DNA from: a candidate division WOR-3 bacterium
Lineage (GTDB): Bacteria; Hydrothermota; Hydrothermia; Hydrothermales; Hydrothermaceae
Length of the DNA stretch: 64,000 nt
Direction: 5' to 3'
NCBI GenBank assembly: GCA_965649125.1
Contig: CBFGJO010000002.1
Span: 7,356-71,355, forward strand
The notes under the pieces were generated by a model. The model ran no database searches. It was given only the letters and a program-made list of their open reading frames with translations, and had not been told where the DNA came from. Shown here piece after piece: positions 21,971-32,568 of this stretch (position 1 is its first letter; every line of letters starts with the position of its first letter). Position numbers and translations under genes: made by a program.

Positions 21971-24390
21971 TCTTCCTCCTTCTTTACAATACAGGCATCC
22001 ACAACAAAATCCCCTTGTTTTAATTTGATAACTCTTATACCTTTTGCATTTCTTTTTAGTTTCTTTATATTTGAAATCTTAATCTTCAAAATATTACCCT
22101 CTTTTGTCATCAAAACAATTTCACCTTCTTTTGGAGCAGACTTCATCCAGGCAATCTTACTATTTTCGTCTATTCTATGTAAAAGGATACCCTTCCCACC
22201 TCTGTGAGTAACCCTCACTTCATCAGGGTCAAATCTTTTACCAAACCCATTAGAGGTTAAAGAAATGATCTCCTCCCCCTCTTTTATAAGGGTGCCCCTT
22301 ACTACCTCCTCACCCTTTCCCACTTTTATACCTCTAACACCATAAGCATTCCTTCCCATTGGTCTTATTTCAGAAGAATTTATTTTTATTCCAAACCCAG
22401 TATTTTTCACAAACATAATTTCATCTTTTTCTTTCACTCTTAAAACATCAACAAGTTCATCTCGCTCAGGCAATGTAATTCCTGTAATCCCTCTTTTACC
22501 TGCATTCCTAAATTCGGAAAGAAGGGTCTTTTTTACCCTCCCCATTTTTGTTATAAAGAATATATACTCATTTTCATTCCATTCAGAAATAGAAAGCATG
22601 TCAACAATTTTCTCATCTTTGTTTAAAAGAAAAAATGAACTTATATGCTTGCCCTTACTTTGAAGACCACCTTCTGGCAATTCAAATCCCCTTATAGAAT
22701 AAACCTTTCCTCTTTGCGTAAAGAAAAGTATATGGTCATGGGTATCACATGTAAAAATAACTTTTGGAAAGTCTCCTTCATATAAGAATAAACTTGCTCC
22801 TATCCCTCCTTTTTTCTGAACTCTTATTGAAGAAGCAGGCACCCTTTTTATAAATCCTGATTCTGTTAAAATAACAGTTATTCTTTCTCTTTGTATCAAA
22901 TCTTCGATCTCAATCTCTTCTGGTTCTTTTTCTAATATTTCTGTTTTCCTTTCGTCCCCGTATTTTTCAGCAATCTCTTTAAGTTCACTCTTAATTATTT
23001 CCATAAGCAATTTTTTGCTTTTTAAAATAGACCTGTATTTCTCTATATCTTTTATAAGCAGAGTATATTCCTCTTCAATTTTTTCTCTTTCAAGTTTTGT
23101 AAGGTTTTGAAGTTTCATTTCAAGGATAGCCTGTGTTTGTTTATCTGAAAAGGTAAATTCCTTCATAAGGAAGAGTTTTGCTTCTTTTGGCTCACTTGAC
23201 TTCTTTATAATATTTATAACTCTATCAATATTTGCAATTGCTATTTTGAACCCTTCTAAAATATGAGCCCTTTCCTCTGCCCTTTTGAGTAAAAAAGAGA
23301 TTTTTCTCCTTGTAACTTCTTCTCTATGTTTTAAATAAAGGGAAAGCATCTCTTTAAGGGTCAAAATCTTTGGCTCATTATTAGTAAGAGCAAGCATTAT
23401 TACACCAAAAGATGTTTCAAGAGGTGTAAGTTTATAAAGTAAATTTAAAACTACCTCTTCATTTATCCCTCTTTTAAGTTCTATAACCACCCTGATTCCA
23501 TCTCTATCAGACTCGTCTCTCAACTCTATTATCCCTTCTATCTTCTTTTCCCTTACAAGATTTGCAATCCTTTCTACAAGAAGAGCTTTATTCACCTGGT
23601 ATGGAATTTCTGTTATAATTATTTTTTTATGACCATGCGCACCCTCTTCAATTTCCACTTTCCCCCTTAAAACGATTCTCCCTTTACCTGTTAAATACGC
23701 TTCCTTTATCCCTTCTTTCCCGAGTATAATTCCGCCTGTAGGAAAATCAGGACCTTTTATAAAATTAAGTAATTTCTCATCAGAAATTTCAGGATTATCT
23801 ATAATTGAAATTAAGGCATTTACAACCTCTTTAAGATTATGTGGGGGTATATTCGTTGCCATTCCAACCGCAATACCTGATGAACCATTTACAAGGAGAT
23901 TTGGAAACTTAGAAGGTAAAACCGTTGGTTCTTTTAATTTACCATCAAAATTTGGAACAAAATCAACAGTTTCTTTATCAATATCTTCAAGCATTAAAAC
24001 AGCAAATGGTGAAAGTTTTGCCTCTGTATACCTGTAAGCAGCAGGTGGGTCACCATCAATAGAACCAAAATTACCCTGCCCTATGATTAGAGGATATCTT
24101 AAAGAAAAATCTTGAGCCATCCTTACAAGCGCGTCATAAACAGCCATATCACCATGAGGATGATATTTACCAAGAACTTCTCCAACAACATTTGCACATT
24201 TTTTAAACGGTTTATCAGGGGTAAGCCCGATTTCAAGCATAGCGTACAAAATTCTCCTGTGAACAGGTTTGAGCCCATCCCTTACATCAGGAAGTGCTCT
24301 TCCAACTATCACACTCATTGCATAATCTATATAACTTGTCCTCATCTCATCTTCTATATAAACAGGTTCTATTCTCTCGGGCATCTTCAC
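21967..24390 (-). CDS. gyrA: DNA gyrase subunit A
   Basis: It has the GyrA N-terminal signature ([29 protein letters not shown]) and the C-terminal beta-pinwheel repeats. Confidence 0.95.
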   Translation of the reverse strand: MKMPERIEPVYIEDEMRTSYIDYAMSVIVGRALPDVRDGLKPVHRRILYAMLEIGLTPDKPFKKCANVVGEVLGKYHPHGDMAVYDALVRMAQDFSLRYPLIIGQGNFGSIDGDPPAAYRYTEAKLSPFAVLMLEDIDKETVDFVPNFDGKLKEPTVLPSKFPNLLVNGSSGIAVGMATNIPPHNLKEVVNALISIIDNPEISDEKLLNFIKGPDFPTGGIILGKEGIKEAYLTGKGRIVLRGKVEIEEGAHGHKKIIITEIPYQVNKALLVERIANLVREKKIEGIIELRDESDRDGIRVVIELKRGINEEVVLNLLYKLTPLETSFGVIMLALTNNEPKILTLKEMLSLYLKHREEVTRRKISFLLKRAEERAHILEGFKIAIANIDRVINIIKKSSEPKEAKLFLMKEFTFSDKQTQAILEMKLQNLTKLEREKIEEEYTLLIKDIEKYRSILKSKKLLMEIIKSELKEIAEKYGDERKTEILEKEPEEIEIEDLIQRERITVILTESGFIKRVPASSIRVQKKGGIGASLFLYEGDFPKVIFTCDTHDHILFFTQRGKVYSIRGFELPEGGLQSKGKHISSFFLLNKDEKIVDMLSISEWNENEYIFFITKMGRVKKTLLSEFRNAGKRGITGITLPERDELVDVLRVKEKDEIMFVKNTGFGIKINSSEIRPMGRNAYGVRGIKVGKGEEVVRGTLIKEGEEIISLTSNGFGKRFDPDEVRVTHRGGKGILLHRIDENSKIAWMKSAPKEGEIVLMTKEGNILKIKISNIKKLKRNAKGIRVIKLKQGDFVVDACIVKKEEE

Positions 24391-25388
24391 CTCCTGGAAT
24401 TTATTTTTACCTTAACACCATAAAATTTCTTTATTTCACCAAGAAAATAGATTGGCTCCCCGAATTTTTTAAAATAATTTTTAATATAATCCTCATCCCT
24501 TTTTGAAAAAATAATTATCATCCCTATTCCCATATTAAAAACCCTAAACATCTCATCCCAGGGAACCTTACCTTTTTGTTGAATAAATTTAAATATTTCT
24601 GGTATATCAAAATTTTTAAAATCAATCTCAGCGGATAAAGTTTTGTCAAGAACCCTCTTTATATTACCTTCAAATCCCCCACCTGTTATATGGACAGACG
24701 CCTTAATCCTATTTTTTATAATTAGTGGATAAAGGATTTTAAAATAACTTCTATGTGGAATAAGTAATAGATTTTTAAGTTTTTTATTTCCAATTCTTGT
24801 TTCAAGGGAAATACTATTATCTTTTATAATCTTTCTTACAAGAGAAAAACCATTCGTATGTAAGCCCGATGAAGAAATTCCGTATATTAAATCTCCCTCC
24901 TTTAATTTCTTTGGAATAATATCTTCCTTTTTTAAAATTCCTATCATGCATCCAACAAGGTCAAACATTCTCTTATTGTAAATATCAGGCATCTCAGCAG
25001 TCTCGCCACCTAAAAGAAGTGCATCATGTTCTTTTAGTGCTTTATTAATTCCTTTTATAATTTCATAAATTTCAATTTCTTTTAAATTTGAAGAAGCAAT
25101 ATAATCAAGGAAAAATAAAGGTCTTGCACCTGTACATAAAAGGTCATTTACGCAGTGATTAACAATATCAATACCAATTCCTTCAAGGTATCCAATCTCC
25201 TTTGCAAGGATAAGCTTTGTCCCAACACCGTCAATAGTTGCTGCAAGATAATTGTTTTTATTTATTTTATAAATCCCGGCAAATCTTCCCTTTGAAATCC
25301 TGGGGATAAATTTTTTTATTCTTTTCTTAATAAAATCAGCATAATCAATATCAACACCAGCCTCTTTATACCTCATATCTCCATTCAA
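24387..25388 (-). CDS. purM: Phosphoribosylformylglycinamidine cyclo-ligase (AIR synthetase)
   Basis: It shows PurM family similarity over the full length. Confidence 0.93.
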   Translation of the reverse strand: MNGDMRYKEAGVDIDYADFIKKRIKKFIPRISKGRFAGIYKINKNNYLAATIDGVGTKLILAKEIGYLEGIGIDIVNHCVNDLLCTGARPLFFLDYIASSNLKEIEIYEIIKGINKALKEHDALLLGGETAEMPDIYNKRMFDLVGCMIGILKKEDIIPKKLKEGDLIYGISSSGLHTNGFSLVRKIIKDNSISLETRIGNKKLKNLLLIPHRSYFKILYPLIIKNRIKASVHITGGGFEGNIKRVLDKTLSAEIDFKNFDIPEIFKFIQQKGKVPWDEMFRVFNMGIGMIIIFSKRDEDYIKNYFKKFGEPIYFLGEIKKFYGVKVKINSRR

Positions 25389-26442
25389 TATCTTTAATTA
25401 TTTTTTTAACAGGACCTTTAAGAAGTTTTAAAACTTTCCTATACTTTTCAATCCCTCCACCAAAAGGGTCAGGTATTTCCATTTCATCTGAAATGAGCCT
25501 TATCTTTTCAGAAAATCCATATTTTGAAATTTCCATAAAATGCTTCCTTTCCATTACATATATAAAATCAGCCCATTCAAGTGTGTCAATATCAATATTC
25601 TTTGCCTTATGAAAAGAAAGGTCGATCCCGATTTCTTCTAAAACCCTTTTAGCATTTTTACTTATGGGCGTAAAAGAAATAGCATTTATCCCTCTTGATT
25701 TTATCCTTATATTTTTTCTCAAATAATAAGGTAAATATTTTCTTGCAAGTCCCGCTGCCATCGGAGATCTGCATGTGTTTCCAGAACATACAAAAAGAAT
25801 ATTAAGAAAAATACTTTTATCAACTTTTACCTTTCTTAAAATGAGTTCTTCAACAGAAGCAATACTTACAGGACCTTTTCTCAAAATTTTAAAGGGATAA
25901 TTTGATAAATCAATAACAGTGGATGGAGGAAGTCCATAAGAATTTTCAGAGATAAGATAATCTATTTCTTTTTTAATTAAAGGATCGATCTTTTTATAAG
26001 ATTTAACTGGTGGACTTTCTGATATGTTTGCAGAAGTTGTAGCAAGAGGACCTGTTTTCTCAAGAATTTGTAAGATTAAAGGATGATTAGGTATCCTTAT
26101 CCCAACAGTTCCATTCTTTGCTATCCATAAAAATTCCCCTTTTATTTTTGATTTGAATATGCAGGTTAAAGGACCTGGCCAGAAATTCTGTATTATCTTC
26201 CATCTTAAAATTCCGAGTTTTTTATGGGCAACAAATTTTTTTAAATCATCTTTATCTTTTATAAAAATAATAAGAGGCTTTTTAGACTCCCTTTTTTTTA
26301 AATGATAAATTTTTTTTTGACCTTGAATATTTAAAAAATATGTTCCGATTCCCATAACTGTATCTGTTGGAAAAACTATGAGTCCCCCCTTTTTAATCAC
26401 TTCTGAAATCTTATCTATCTCACTTTCCCTTATAATCTCCAT
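25366..26442 (-). CDS. Fusion protein: L-threonylcarbamoyladenylate synthase (TsaC/YrdC domain) plus low-molecular-weight protein tyrosine/arginine phosphatase
   Basis: The N-terminal ~200 aa carry YrdC motifs (FPTDTVMGIG, WPGPLT, PLATTSAN, PSTVID). The C-terminal ~150 aa carry the LMW-PTP P-loop VCSGNTCRSPMA and a DPFGG D-loop. Confidence 0.8.
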   Translation of the reverse strand: MEIIRESEIDKISEVIKKGGLIVFPTDTVMGIGTYFLNIQGQKKIYHLKKRESKKPLIIFIKDKDDLKKFVAHKKLGILRWKIIQNFWPGPLTCIFKSKIKGEFLWIAKNGTVGIRIPNHPLILQILEKTGPLATTSANISESPPVKSYKKIDPLIKKEIDYLISENSYGLPPSTVIDLSNYPFKILRKGPVSIASVEELILRKVKVDKSIFLNILFVCSGNTCRSPMAAGLARKYLPYYLRKNIRIKSRGINAISFTPISKNAKRVLEEIGIDLSFHKAKNIDIDTLEWADFIYVMERKHFMEISKYGFSEKIRLISDEMEIPDPFGGGIEKYRKVLKLLKGPVKKIIKDIEWRYEV

Positions 26443-26453
26443 AAAAATTTAAA

Positions 26454-26526
26454 AGCCCACGGGCGGAATTGAACCGCCGACCTTTACCTTACCAAGGTAA
26501 TGCTCTACCGACTGAGCTACGTGGGC
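26454..26526 (-). tRNA. tRNA-Thr (anticodon GGT)
   Basis: The reverse complement folds as a cloverleaf: a 7-bp acceptor stem GCCCACG/CGTGGGC, anticodon loop TTGGTAA and a TTCAATT T-loop. CCA is not encoded. Confidence 0.9.
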
Positions 26527-26562
26527 ATCTTTAGTATATTATTATAAAGAAAAAGAGGGGAT

Positions 26563-27228
26563 TTATTCAAAGATTAAACCATCTCTCATACTATAAATTT
26601 TCTTTGCGTGTTTTGCAACATCTTTTGAATGGGTTACAACGATTATTGTTTTTCCTTCTTCATTCAATTTATCAAAAATATTCATTATTTCTTCACCTGT
26701 TTTTGTATCAAGATTACCTGTTGGTTCATCTGCTAAAATTAACTCTGCTCCGCCTATAAGTGCCCTTGCAATTGCAACCCTTTGATTTTCTCCACCTGAA
26801 AGTTCAGTCGGCTTATGAAACCTCCTTTCTAAAAGACCAACCTTTTGTAAAACCTCTATAGCCTTTTCCCTTCTTTCCCTTTTTGGAACACCTGCATAAA
26901 GGAGCGGTAATTCAACATTTTGAATTGCATTCAATCTTGGAATTAAATTGAAAGTTTGAAAAACAAAACCGATCTTCTTATTTCTTATTTTTGCAAGAGA
27001 ATCTTCATCAAATTCTTTAATTTCTCTATTTTCAAAAAAATATTTCCCCTTTGTTGGAACATCAAGAAAACCTATTATATGTAAAAGGGTGCTCTTTCCA
27101 GAACCAGAAGGACCCATAATCCCAATATAATCACCTCTTTGAACCTCAAGATTTATGCCCCTTAATGCATGAACTTCTATCTTATCAATTTTATATATTT
27201 TATGAACATCTATAAGTTTTAAAATCAT
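26563..27228 (-). CDS. ABC transporter ATP-binding protein, MacB/LolD family
   Basis: It has Walker A (GPSGSGKST), an LSGGENQR signature and Walker B. Confidence 0.9.
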   Translation of the reverse strand: MILKLIDVHKIYKIDKIEVHALRGINLEVQRGDYIGIMGPSGSGKSTLLHIIGFLDVPTKGKYFFENREIKEFDEDSLAKIRNKKIGFVFQTFNLIPRLNAIQNVELPLLYAGVPKRERREKAIEVLQKVGLLERRFHKPTELSGGENQRVAIARALIGGAELILADEPTGNLDTKTGEEIMNIFDKLNEEGKTIIVVTHSKDVAKHAKKIYSMRDGLIFE

Positions 27229-28322
27229 TTCTTTTCTTTTACTTTTTCTCCTTCTTTAAGTGAATTCAAAACTTTTTGTGGACCTTTAATTATACTATCT
27301 CCTTCCTCAATCCCTTCCATTATTTCAACACTTTCTTTACCCTGAATCCCAATAGAAATAAATCTTTTCTCTGCTTTCCCTTTATTTTTTATAAATACAA
27401 AATATTTATCCTTTTCTTTGCCAATTGCAGAATAAGGAAGTATTAAAACATTTTCTTTCTTATTTGTGATTATCTCACAGGAAGCACTCATACCAGGTGT
27501 TAAAAGTGTATCGTTTTCTAATAATAAAATTTTAAGAGGGAAAAGGGAAAGTTCTTGCGATAGAGAAGAGGAAATCGGCAGTCCCCCGATATTTTCAACA
27601 ATACCTTTAAACTCCTTTTCCCGTAAGGCACTGACTTTTATCCTCACACTATCACCCCTTTTTATCTTTACGACTTCACTTTCATCAACTTCGCCTTCTA
27701 CTATAAGTTTTCCTTTATCTGCCACAACCATTATAACATTGCCCGGTACATTTAAACCAACAACTACCATCTCGCCCTCTTCCTTATCTATTCTTAAAAC
27801 TTCTCCATCAATTGGTGACCTTATATAACATTTTCTTAAATTTTCTTCAGCCTCTTTTAAAACAAAACTATCTGACTTTAATCCCTCCTTTAATGATAAA
27901 TATTCAGCCTCTACTTTCTCAAATTCGCTTTTAGATATCAAATTTCTTGAAAACAGTTCCTTTGCTCTTTTATATTCGTTCTCTATCATATTGAATCTTG
28001 AAAGATTTGATGAAATTCTTGATTTTATTTCAAATAACCTTGCCTTATAAGCCTCAGGATTTATTATGCATAAAAGGTCTCCTTTTTTCACTTTTCCTCT
28101 TTCCTTAACAAGTATTTTTTCTATTCTTCCCATAACATCAGAGCCAATTTCAACCTGTTTGTATGCTTTTATTCTCCCATCCATCTTAACAGTCTCAATT
28201 ATTTCTCCCTTTTTCACAACTTCGATTTCAACCTCTTTTAATTTCTCTGCCTCAAAAATATTTAAAAGAACCATTATCAAAATGATCAAAAAAACACCTA
28301 TACCTATAAATACCTTCTTCAT
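27225..28322 (-). CDS. Efflux periplasmic adaptor (membrane fusion protein, HlyD/MacA-like)
   Basis: It has an N-terminal TM, coiled-coil and beta-barrel pattern, and lies inside the efflux operon. Confidence 0.75.
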   Translation of the reverse strand: MKKVFIGIGVFLIILIMVLLNIFEAEKLKEVEIEVVKKGEIIETVKMDGRIKAYKQVEIGSDVMGRIEKILVKERGKVKKGDLLCIINPEAYKARLFEIKSRISSNLSRFNMIENEYKRAKELFSRNLISKSEFEKVEAEYLSLKEGLKSDSFVLKEAEENLRKCYIRSPIDGEVLRIDKEEGEMVVVGLNVPGNVIMVVADKGKLIVEGEVDESEVVKIKRGDSVRIKVSALREKEFKGIVENIGGLPISSSLSQELSLFPLKILLLENDTLLTPGMSASCEIITNKKENVLILPYSAIGKEKDKYFVFIKNKGKAEKRFISIGIQGKESVEIMEGIEEGDSIIKGPQKVLNSLKEGEKVKEKK

Positions 28323-29566
28323 TTTACCTCCTCCAAAAGCCCTGTTAAAAATAACAGCATGTATTTGTATTTAACATAGTCATATCTTGAGGAAATATAT
28401 CTTGACTCTGCATCAAGTAAACTCTCCTCTGCTTTTAAAAATTCAACATAAGAAATTTTTCCAAGTTTATATTCTGTATCCGCAAGATTATATCCTTCGG
28501 AAGATGCTTCAAGATAGGACTCCGAAAGCAAAACATTCTCCTTTGCACAAGTTAAGGAAGTAATTGCATTCTCAATCTGCTCGTATAGTTCAAACAAACT
28601 CTTTTCTAAATAAATTCTTTGAATTTCGTAATCCTTTTTATTTACCATTATATCAAAGGGATAATCAAAGAATTTAAAATTGAAAGAAAAATAAAAACCC
28701 TTACTTTTTTCAAAATTTTCTATAAGATAATTATAACTTTTTGGAAATACTGTATCTTTATAGGTAAAATAATAACTCCATTTAAATTCGGGTAAAAAAG
28801 ATAAGGAGGAAAATAAAAAATCAGAAAAAGCACCCTTTTTGTTTTCTTTCAAAGAGAGAATCGTTTCTTTTTTCCTCTGCGCAATACTTAAAAGTTCTTG
28901 AAACTCATAATCTATCTCTTCTTCCTTAAATTCAGGCTCCTTAAGTAGCAAAACCTTTTCCTCTTTTATCCCAAGTGTAAGCAAAAAACCCCATTTTCTA
29001 TCTTCAGAATTCTTAATCGCCTCTTTATATTCTATTTCTTTTGCCTTTAAATTTATAACTGAATTCAAGTAATCAAGTTTTGAAATTGCATTTAATTTAT
29101 ATTTCTCCTCAAAAATTTTTGAATTCTCATAAGCCCTTTCAAAGGATTTTTTCTTCAAGGTTAAAATCTTCTCAACTTTTAAAAGTTCTATGTAGTTTTC
29201 AAGGATATTTAAAAAAAGCCTTTTCTTTTCATGGATCCTGACAAATCTTTGTGCATTTTTTGAATAAAAGTTTTTGACTATATTTCTTAAACTGAGTGGA
29301 GAAAATATATTTTGTGAAAAATCAAAAGTGAAAGAATAATTTTTTGGGAAACCTATAAAATCTTCTTTTACATCAGAATAGCTTCCTGAAACGGATAAAT
29401 TCGGTATGTAGGAAAATATTGATTTATAAAATAAAATATTCCTCAAATTTTCTCTTTCAACTTCTTCTTTATAGCCAAAATTATTCGCAAGTGCAATCCG
29501 GTATGCAGAATCTATATCAAGTCTTAAAGTATCCAGGGTTAAAATTAAAATTATGAGATTATTCAT
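28319..29566 (-). CDS. TolC-like outer-membrane efflux protein
   Basis: It has a two-repeat coiled-coil/beta architecture of about 415 aa, positioned between the MFP and the permease. Confidence 0.65.
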   Translation of the reverse strand: MNNLIILILTLDTLRLDIDSAYRIALANNFGYKEEVERENLRNILFYKSIFSYIPNLSVSGSYSDVKEDFIGFPKNYSFTFDFSQNIFSPLSLRNIVKNFYSKNAQRFVRIHEKKRLFLNILENYIELLKVEKILTLKKKSFERAYENSKIFEEKYKLNAISKLDYLNSVINLKAKEIEYKEAIKNSEDRKWGFLLTLGIKEEKVLLLKEPEFKEEEIDYEFQELLSIAQRKKETILSLKENKKGAFSDFLFSSLSFLPEFKWSYYFTYKDTVFPKSYNYLIENFEKSKGFYFSFNFKFFDYPFDIMVNKKDYEIQRIYLEKSLFELYEQIENAITSLTCAKENVLLSESYLEASSEGYNLADTEYKLGKISYVEFLKAEESLLDAESRYISSRYDYVKYKYMLLFLTGLLEEVK

Positions 29567-30818
29567 ATCTTAAAGCCTCAATAGGGTTAAGTTTTGAAGC
29601 CCTTGTTGCAGGATATATTCCAAAGAAAAGACCTGTAATGCTTGAAAATCCAATTGCTACAAGGATACTCCATAAAGGAATATAGGAAGGTAAAGGAGTA
29701 AGTATATCAACTATTTTAGCAAAGATTATTCCAAGCAAAAGCCCGAGAATTCCACCAAATAAAGTTATAAATATGGCTTCTGTTAAAAATTGAAATAAAA
29801 TATCCCTTCTTTTTGCACCTATGGCCATCCTTATCCCTATTTCCTTTGTTCTCTCCGTAACCGATACAAGCATTATATTCATTATACCTATTCCACCTAC
29901 TATGAGCGCAAGAGATGCAATACCTATCATTGCAAAGAATATCCCCATTGTTAAATTTTTATAAACTGAAAGAAGCATTTCTTGAGTATTCAAAGCAAAA
30001 TCTTCCTCCTCATTAAAAAAAATGTTTCTTCTTTCCCTTAATAAACTTTTTATTTCTTCCATTGCATCATCAACCTTATACCCCTCTTTTACCTTCGCAG
30101 CAATACTCAAGGTCTGAAATGCCTTAAATTCTCTTAATCCAGAAGGTTTAAAATATAAAAGTGAAGTATTTAATGGAATGAATATAATATTATCAAGATT
30201 TTGACCAAGGAATTCACCTTTTTTCTCTATTACACCTATAACAGTGAATTTGCAATTACCAATTAGTATTTCTTTTTCAATTCCATCTTCCTTTTCAAAA
30301 AGATTTTCTTCCACAAAAGGACCTATAATGCAAACCCTTCTATTAAATTCATTATCAGCATCGGTAAAATTTCTTCCTTTGGAAATTGCGCTACCAGAGA
30401 TTGAAAGATATTCAGGTGTTACACCTATTATACGATTCACACTTAAAACCTTATCCTTATATTTAACTTCATCTACATTAAATACTGGATAACTAACACC
30501 TACCTCTTTTATACTTTTTAAGCTCTTAATTGCTTCTGCATCATCAATTTCCAAATCCTTCCTTTTTTCTATCTCCTTCCAGAAATCACCTCCTCTTTTT
30601 CCCATAACAAAAGCCCATTTCCACTTTTGAATGTATATAACATCTGAACCAACTCTTCCAAAAATATTATAAACAAATCTATTAACACCCTCTATTATTG
30701 CAACCATTGTAATGACAGTTGCAATACCTATAACAATACCCAGTGTCGTCAGACTTGTCCTCAACTTATGAGTTTTTAACCCGTAGAAACTTGCATAAAA
30801 TAAATCTGAAATTCTCAT
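29559..30818 (-). CDS. ABC transporter permease, FtsX/MacB family
   Basis: It has an N-terminal TM, a large periplasmic domain and a C-terminal FtsX 3-TM bundle ending in the family-typical YPATRASKLNPIEALRYE. Confidence 0.85.
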   Translation of the reverse strand: MRISDLFYASFYGLKTHKLRTSLTTLGIVIGIATVITMVAIIEGVNRFVYNIFGRVGSDVIYIQKWKWAFVMGKRGGDFWKEIEKRKDLEIDDAEAIKSLKSIKEVGVSYPVFNVDEVKYKDKVLSVNRIIGVTPEYLSISGSAISKGRNFTDADNEFNRRVCIIGPFVEENLFEKEDGIEKEILIGNCKFTVIGVIEKKGEFLGQNLDNIIFIPLNTSLLYFKPSGLREFKAFQTLSIAAKVKEGYKVDDAMEEIKSLLRERRNIFFNEEEDFALNTQEMLLSVYKNLTMGIFFAMIGIASLALIVGGIGIMNIMLVSVTERTKEIGIRMAIGAKRRDILFQFLTEAIFITLFGGILGLLLGIIFAKIVDILTPLPSYIPLWSILVAIGFSSITGLFFGIYPATRASKLNPIEALRYE

Positions 30819-30854
30819 CGATTATTTAAATACGCGTTAAAAAACAAAAAAGTT

Positions 30855-31529
30855 TCAAAATGTAAATCTTCTTACTTTTATTCCTAATATTGAAATCACT
30901 ACTGAAACTAAAAGCCATAAGGAATAAACCAAAATTAAACTCTTTTTTCTGGAAAGATTTGAAAAAATTTGCATACCGCAAGAAACAATATAAAGAGAAT
31001 AAATCGTAAATATATCAAACTGGGTTAAAAAGAGATATAAGAAAATTTTATCCTTTAAAAAGGGAAAGAAAATAGCGAGATCAGTATGAACCAACACCTC
31101 TTTTTTAAAAAATGAAATTGGAAATTTTATGTAATGGGATAAAACATTTATAAATTTTGAATAAGTAACATAAAGAAAAGCATCTTCAAATTTTGATTCT
31201 CCTCCAAGTAACGGAACAAGAAGGTGATAAACAAGGGAGATCAAAAGAACTCCTATTGGAAAAAATATTAAAGTAGCAACTAAAGTTTGAATATTTAGAA
31301 ATTCTCTTGATAAAAATTTACTTGCTCTTTCAACTGCTTCAGGAGGAAGGTTCTGCATCTGTATTATCTCTAACCTCTTTGGATAGACTATAAAATTTGC
31401 ATACAATAGGTTTATAATAATGGAAAATAAAATGAGGATTAAAAGAGGAAACAAAGGTTTTATATTTTTTTCTTTTGCCTCTTTAAAGGCTTCCTTCGGT
31501 GAATAAAAAATTTTTATTATGTTTCTCAT
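30855..31529 (-). CDS. Yip1-like polytopic membrane protein
   Basis: It has five or more TM helices and is translationally coupled to the SPFH gene. Confidence 0.4.
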   Translation of the reverse strand: MRNIIKIFYSPKEAFKEAKEKNIKPLFPLLILILFSIIINLLYANFIVYPKRLEIIQMQNLPPEAVERASKFLSREFLNIQTLVATLIFFPIGVLLISLVYHLLVPLLGGESKFEDAFLYVTYSKFINVLSHYIKFPISFFKKEVLVHTDLAIFFPFLKDKIFLYLFLTQFDIFTIYSLYIVSCGMQIFSNLSRKKSLILVYSLWLLVSVVISILGIKVRRFTF

Positions 31530-32476
31530 TTTTCTAAAATGCTTTTTAAATCTAAGATTGTCCCCTGGTCTGAAATTATAACTTTAACATTATCAGAAAG
31601 CTTTTCAACATAGAGGTATTTTATATATTGAGGGTTTTTCTTAATCTCCTCACTTATTATTCTTATTGCCTGTGCCTTACCCTCGGCTTCAATCTTTTTC
31701 CTTTCTGCTTCCTTTTTTTCTTTCTCAAGGAGATACTCCATTTTTTTAAATTCTTCTTCAGCAATCTCTTTTTCTTCTATTACTTTTAAAAAATCAGGTG
31801 GGAGTTTAATATCTTTTAAAATTGCTTTTTCTATTAAAAAGCCATCCTTTTCAAGAAGTTCTTTCATTTTATCTTCTATTCTTTTCTCAACCTCCTCTCT
31901 TTTTTCTGAATAAATTTCTCTTATTGAATAAGAAGAAATAACATTTTTCGCCACACCTTTAATCGCTGGTTCTATCACCTTATATAAATAATCAGGACCA
32001 ATATATCTGTGAATATCTATTATTTTATCTTTATTTAACCTGAACCATAAAGTAAGTTCAACCCCTACAAGGAGCCCTTCCTTCACATAAGAGAAAAAAG
32101 CGTCCTCTTTTTTACCTTTTTCTTCTTCAAATTTTCCTGGAAGGAGTGTATATTCCTGCCTTCTCGTATCATAAGAGTAAGTCTTATAAATCAAAAATGG
32201 AATAAATTGCATACCTTCTTCAGCGTATGCATATTTTTTAGTAAGTATATTAAATTTAAGCAAAAGATAACCTGTTGTAACATTTTTAACACTTATTAAA
32301 AAATACAAAAGTAGAATCCCTGTCAAAATACTCCCTATTATCAATGGATTAAGAGAGAATTTCTTTATCGGTACCACTTCTCCTTTTCTTTCTGCCAGAA
32401 TTATTTTAACACCATATCTATAAATTATGTAACCAATTATCCATAAAATTAATAGAACTAATATTATTTTTAACAT
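31526..32476 (-). CDS. SPFH/band-7 (HflC/prohibitin-like) membrane protein
   Basis: It has an N-terminal TM, an SPFH core and a C-terminal coiled coil (EEEFKKMEYLLEKEKKEAERKKIEAEGKA). Confidence 0.7.
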   Translation of the reverse strand: MLKIILVLLILWIIGYIIYRYGVKIILAERKGEVVPIKKFSLNPLIIGSILTGILLLYFLISVKNVTTGYLLLKFNILTKKYAYAEEGMQFIPFLIYKTYSYDTRRQEYTLLPGKFEEEKGKKEDAFFSYVKEGLLVGVELTLWFRLNKDKIIDIHRYIGPDYLYKVIEPAIKGVAKNVISSYSIREIYSEKREEVEKRIEDKMKELLEKDGFLIEKAILKDIKLPPDFLKVIEEKEIAEEEFKKMEYLLEKEKKEAERKKIEAEGKAQAIRIISEEIKKNPQYIKYLYVEKLSDNVKVIISDQGTILDLKSILEK

Positions 32477-32495
32477 TACAAAAATTCCTTTTTAA

Positions 32496-32524
32496 TTGAC
32501 AATTTTCTTTAAATTATGTATAAT
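32496..32524 (+). promoter_or_regulatory. Consensus sigma70 promoter for the pilM operon (TTGACA-N17-TATAAT)
   Basis: TTGACA at 32496-32501 and TATAAT at 32519-32524. An AAAGGAGG RBS lies before the ATG at 32569. Confidence 0.6.
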
Positions 32525-32568
32525 TTTAATGTAAAATTTATATAAAAAGCAAATTAAAGGAGGTTTAT

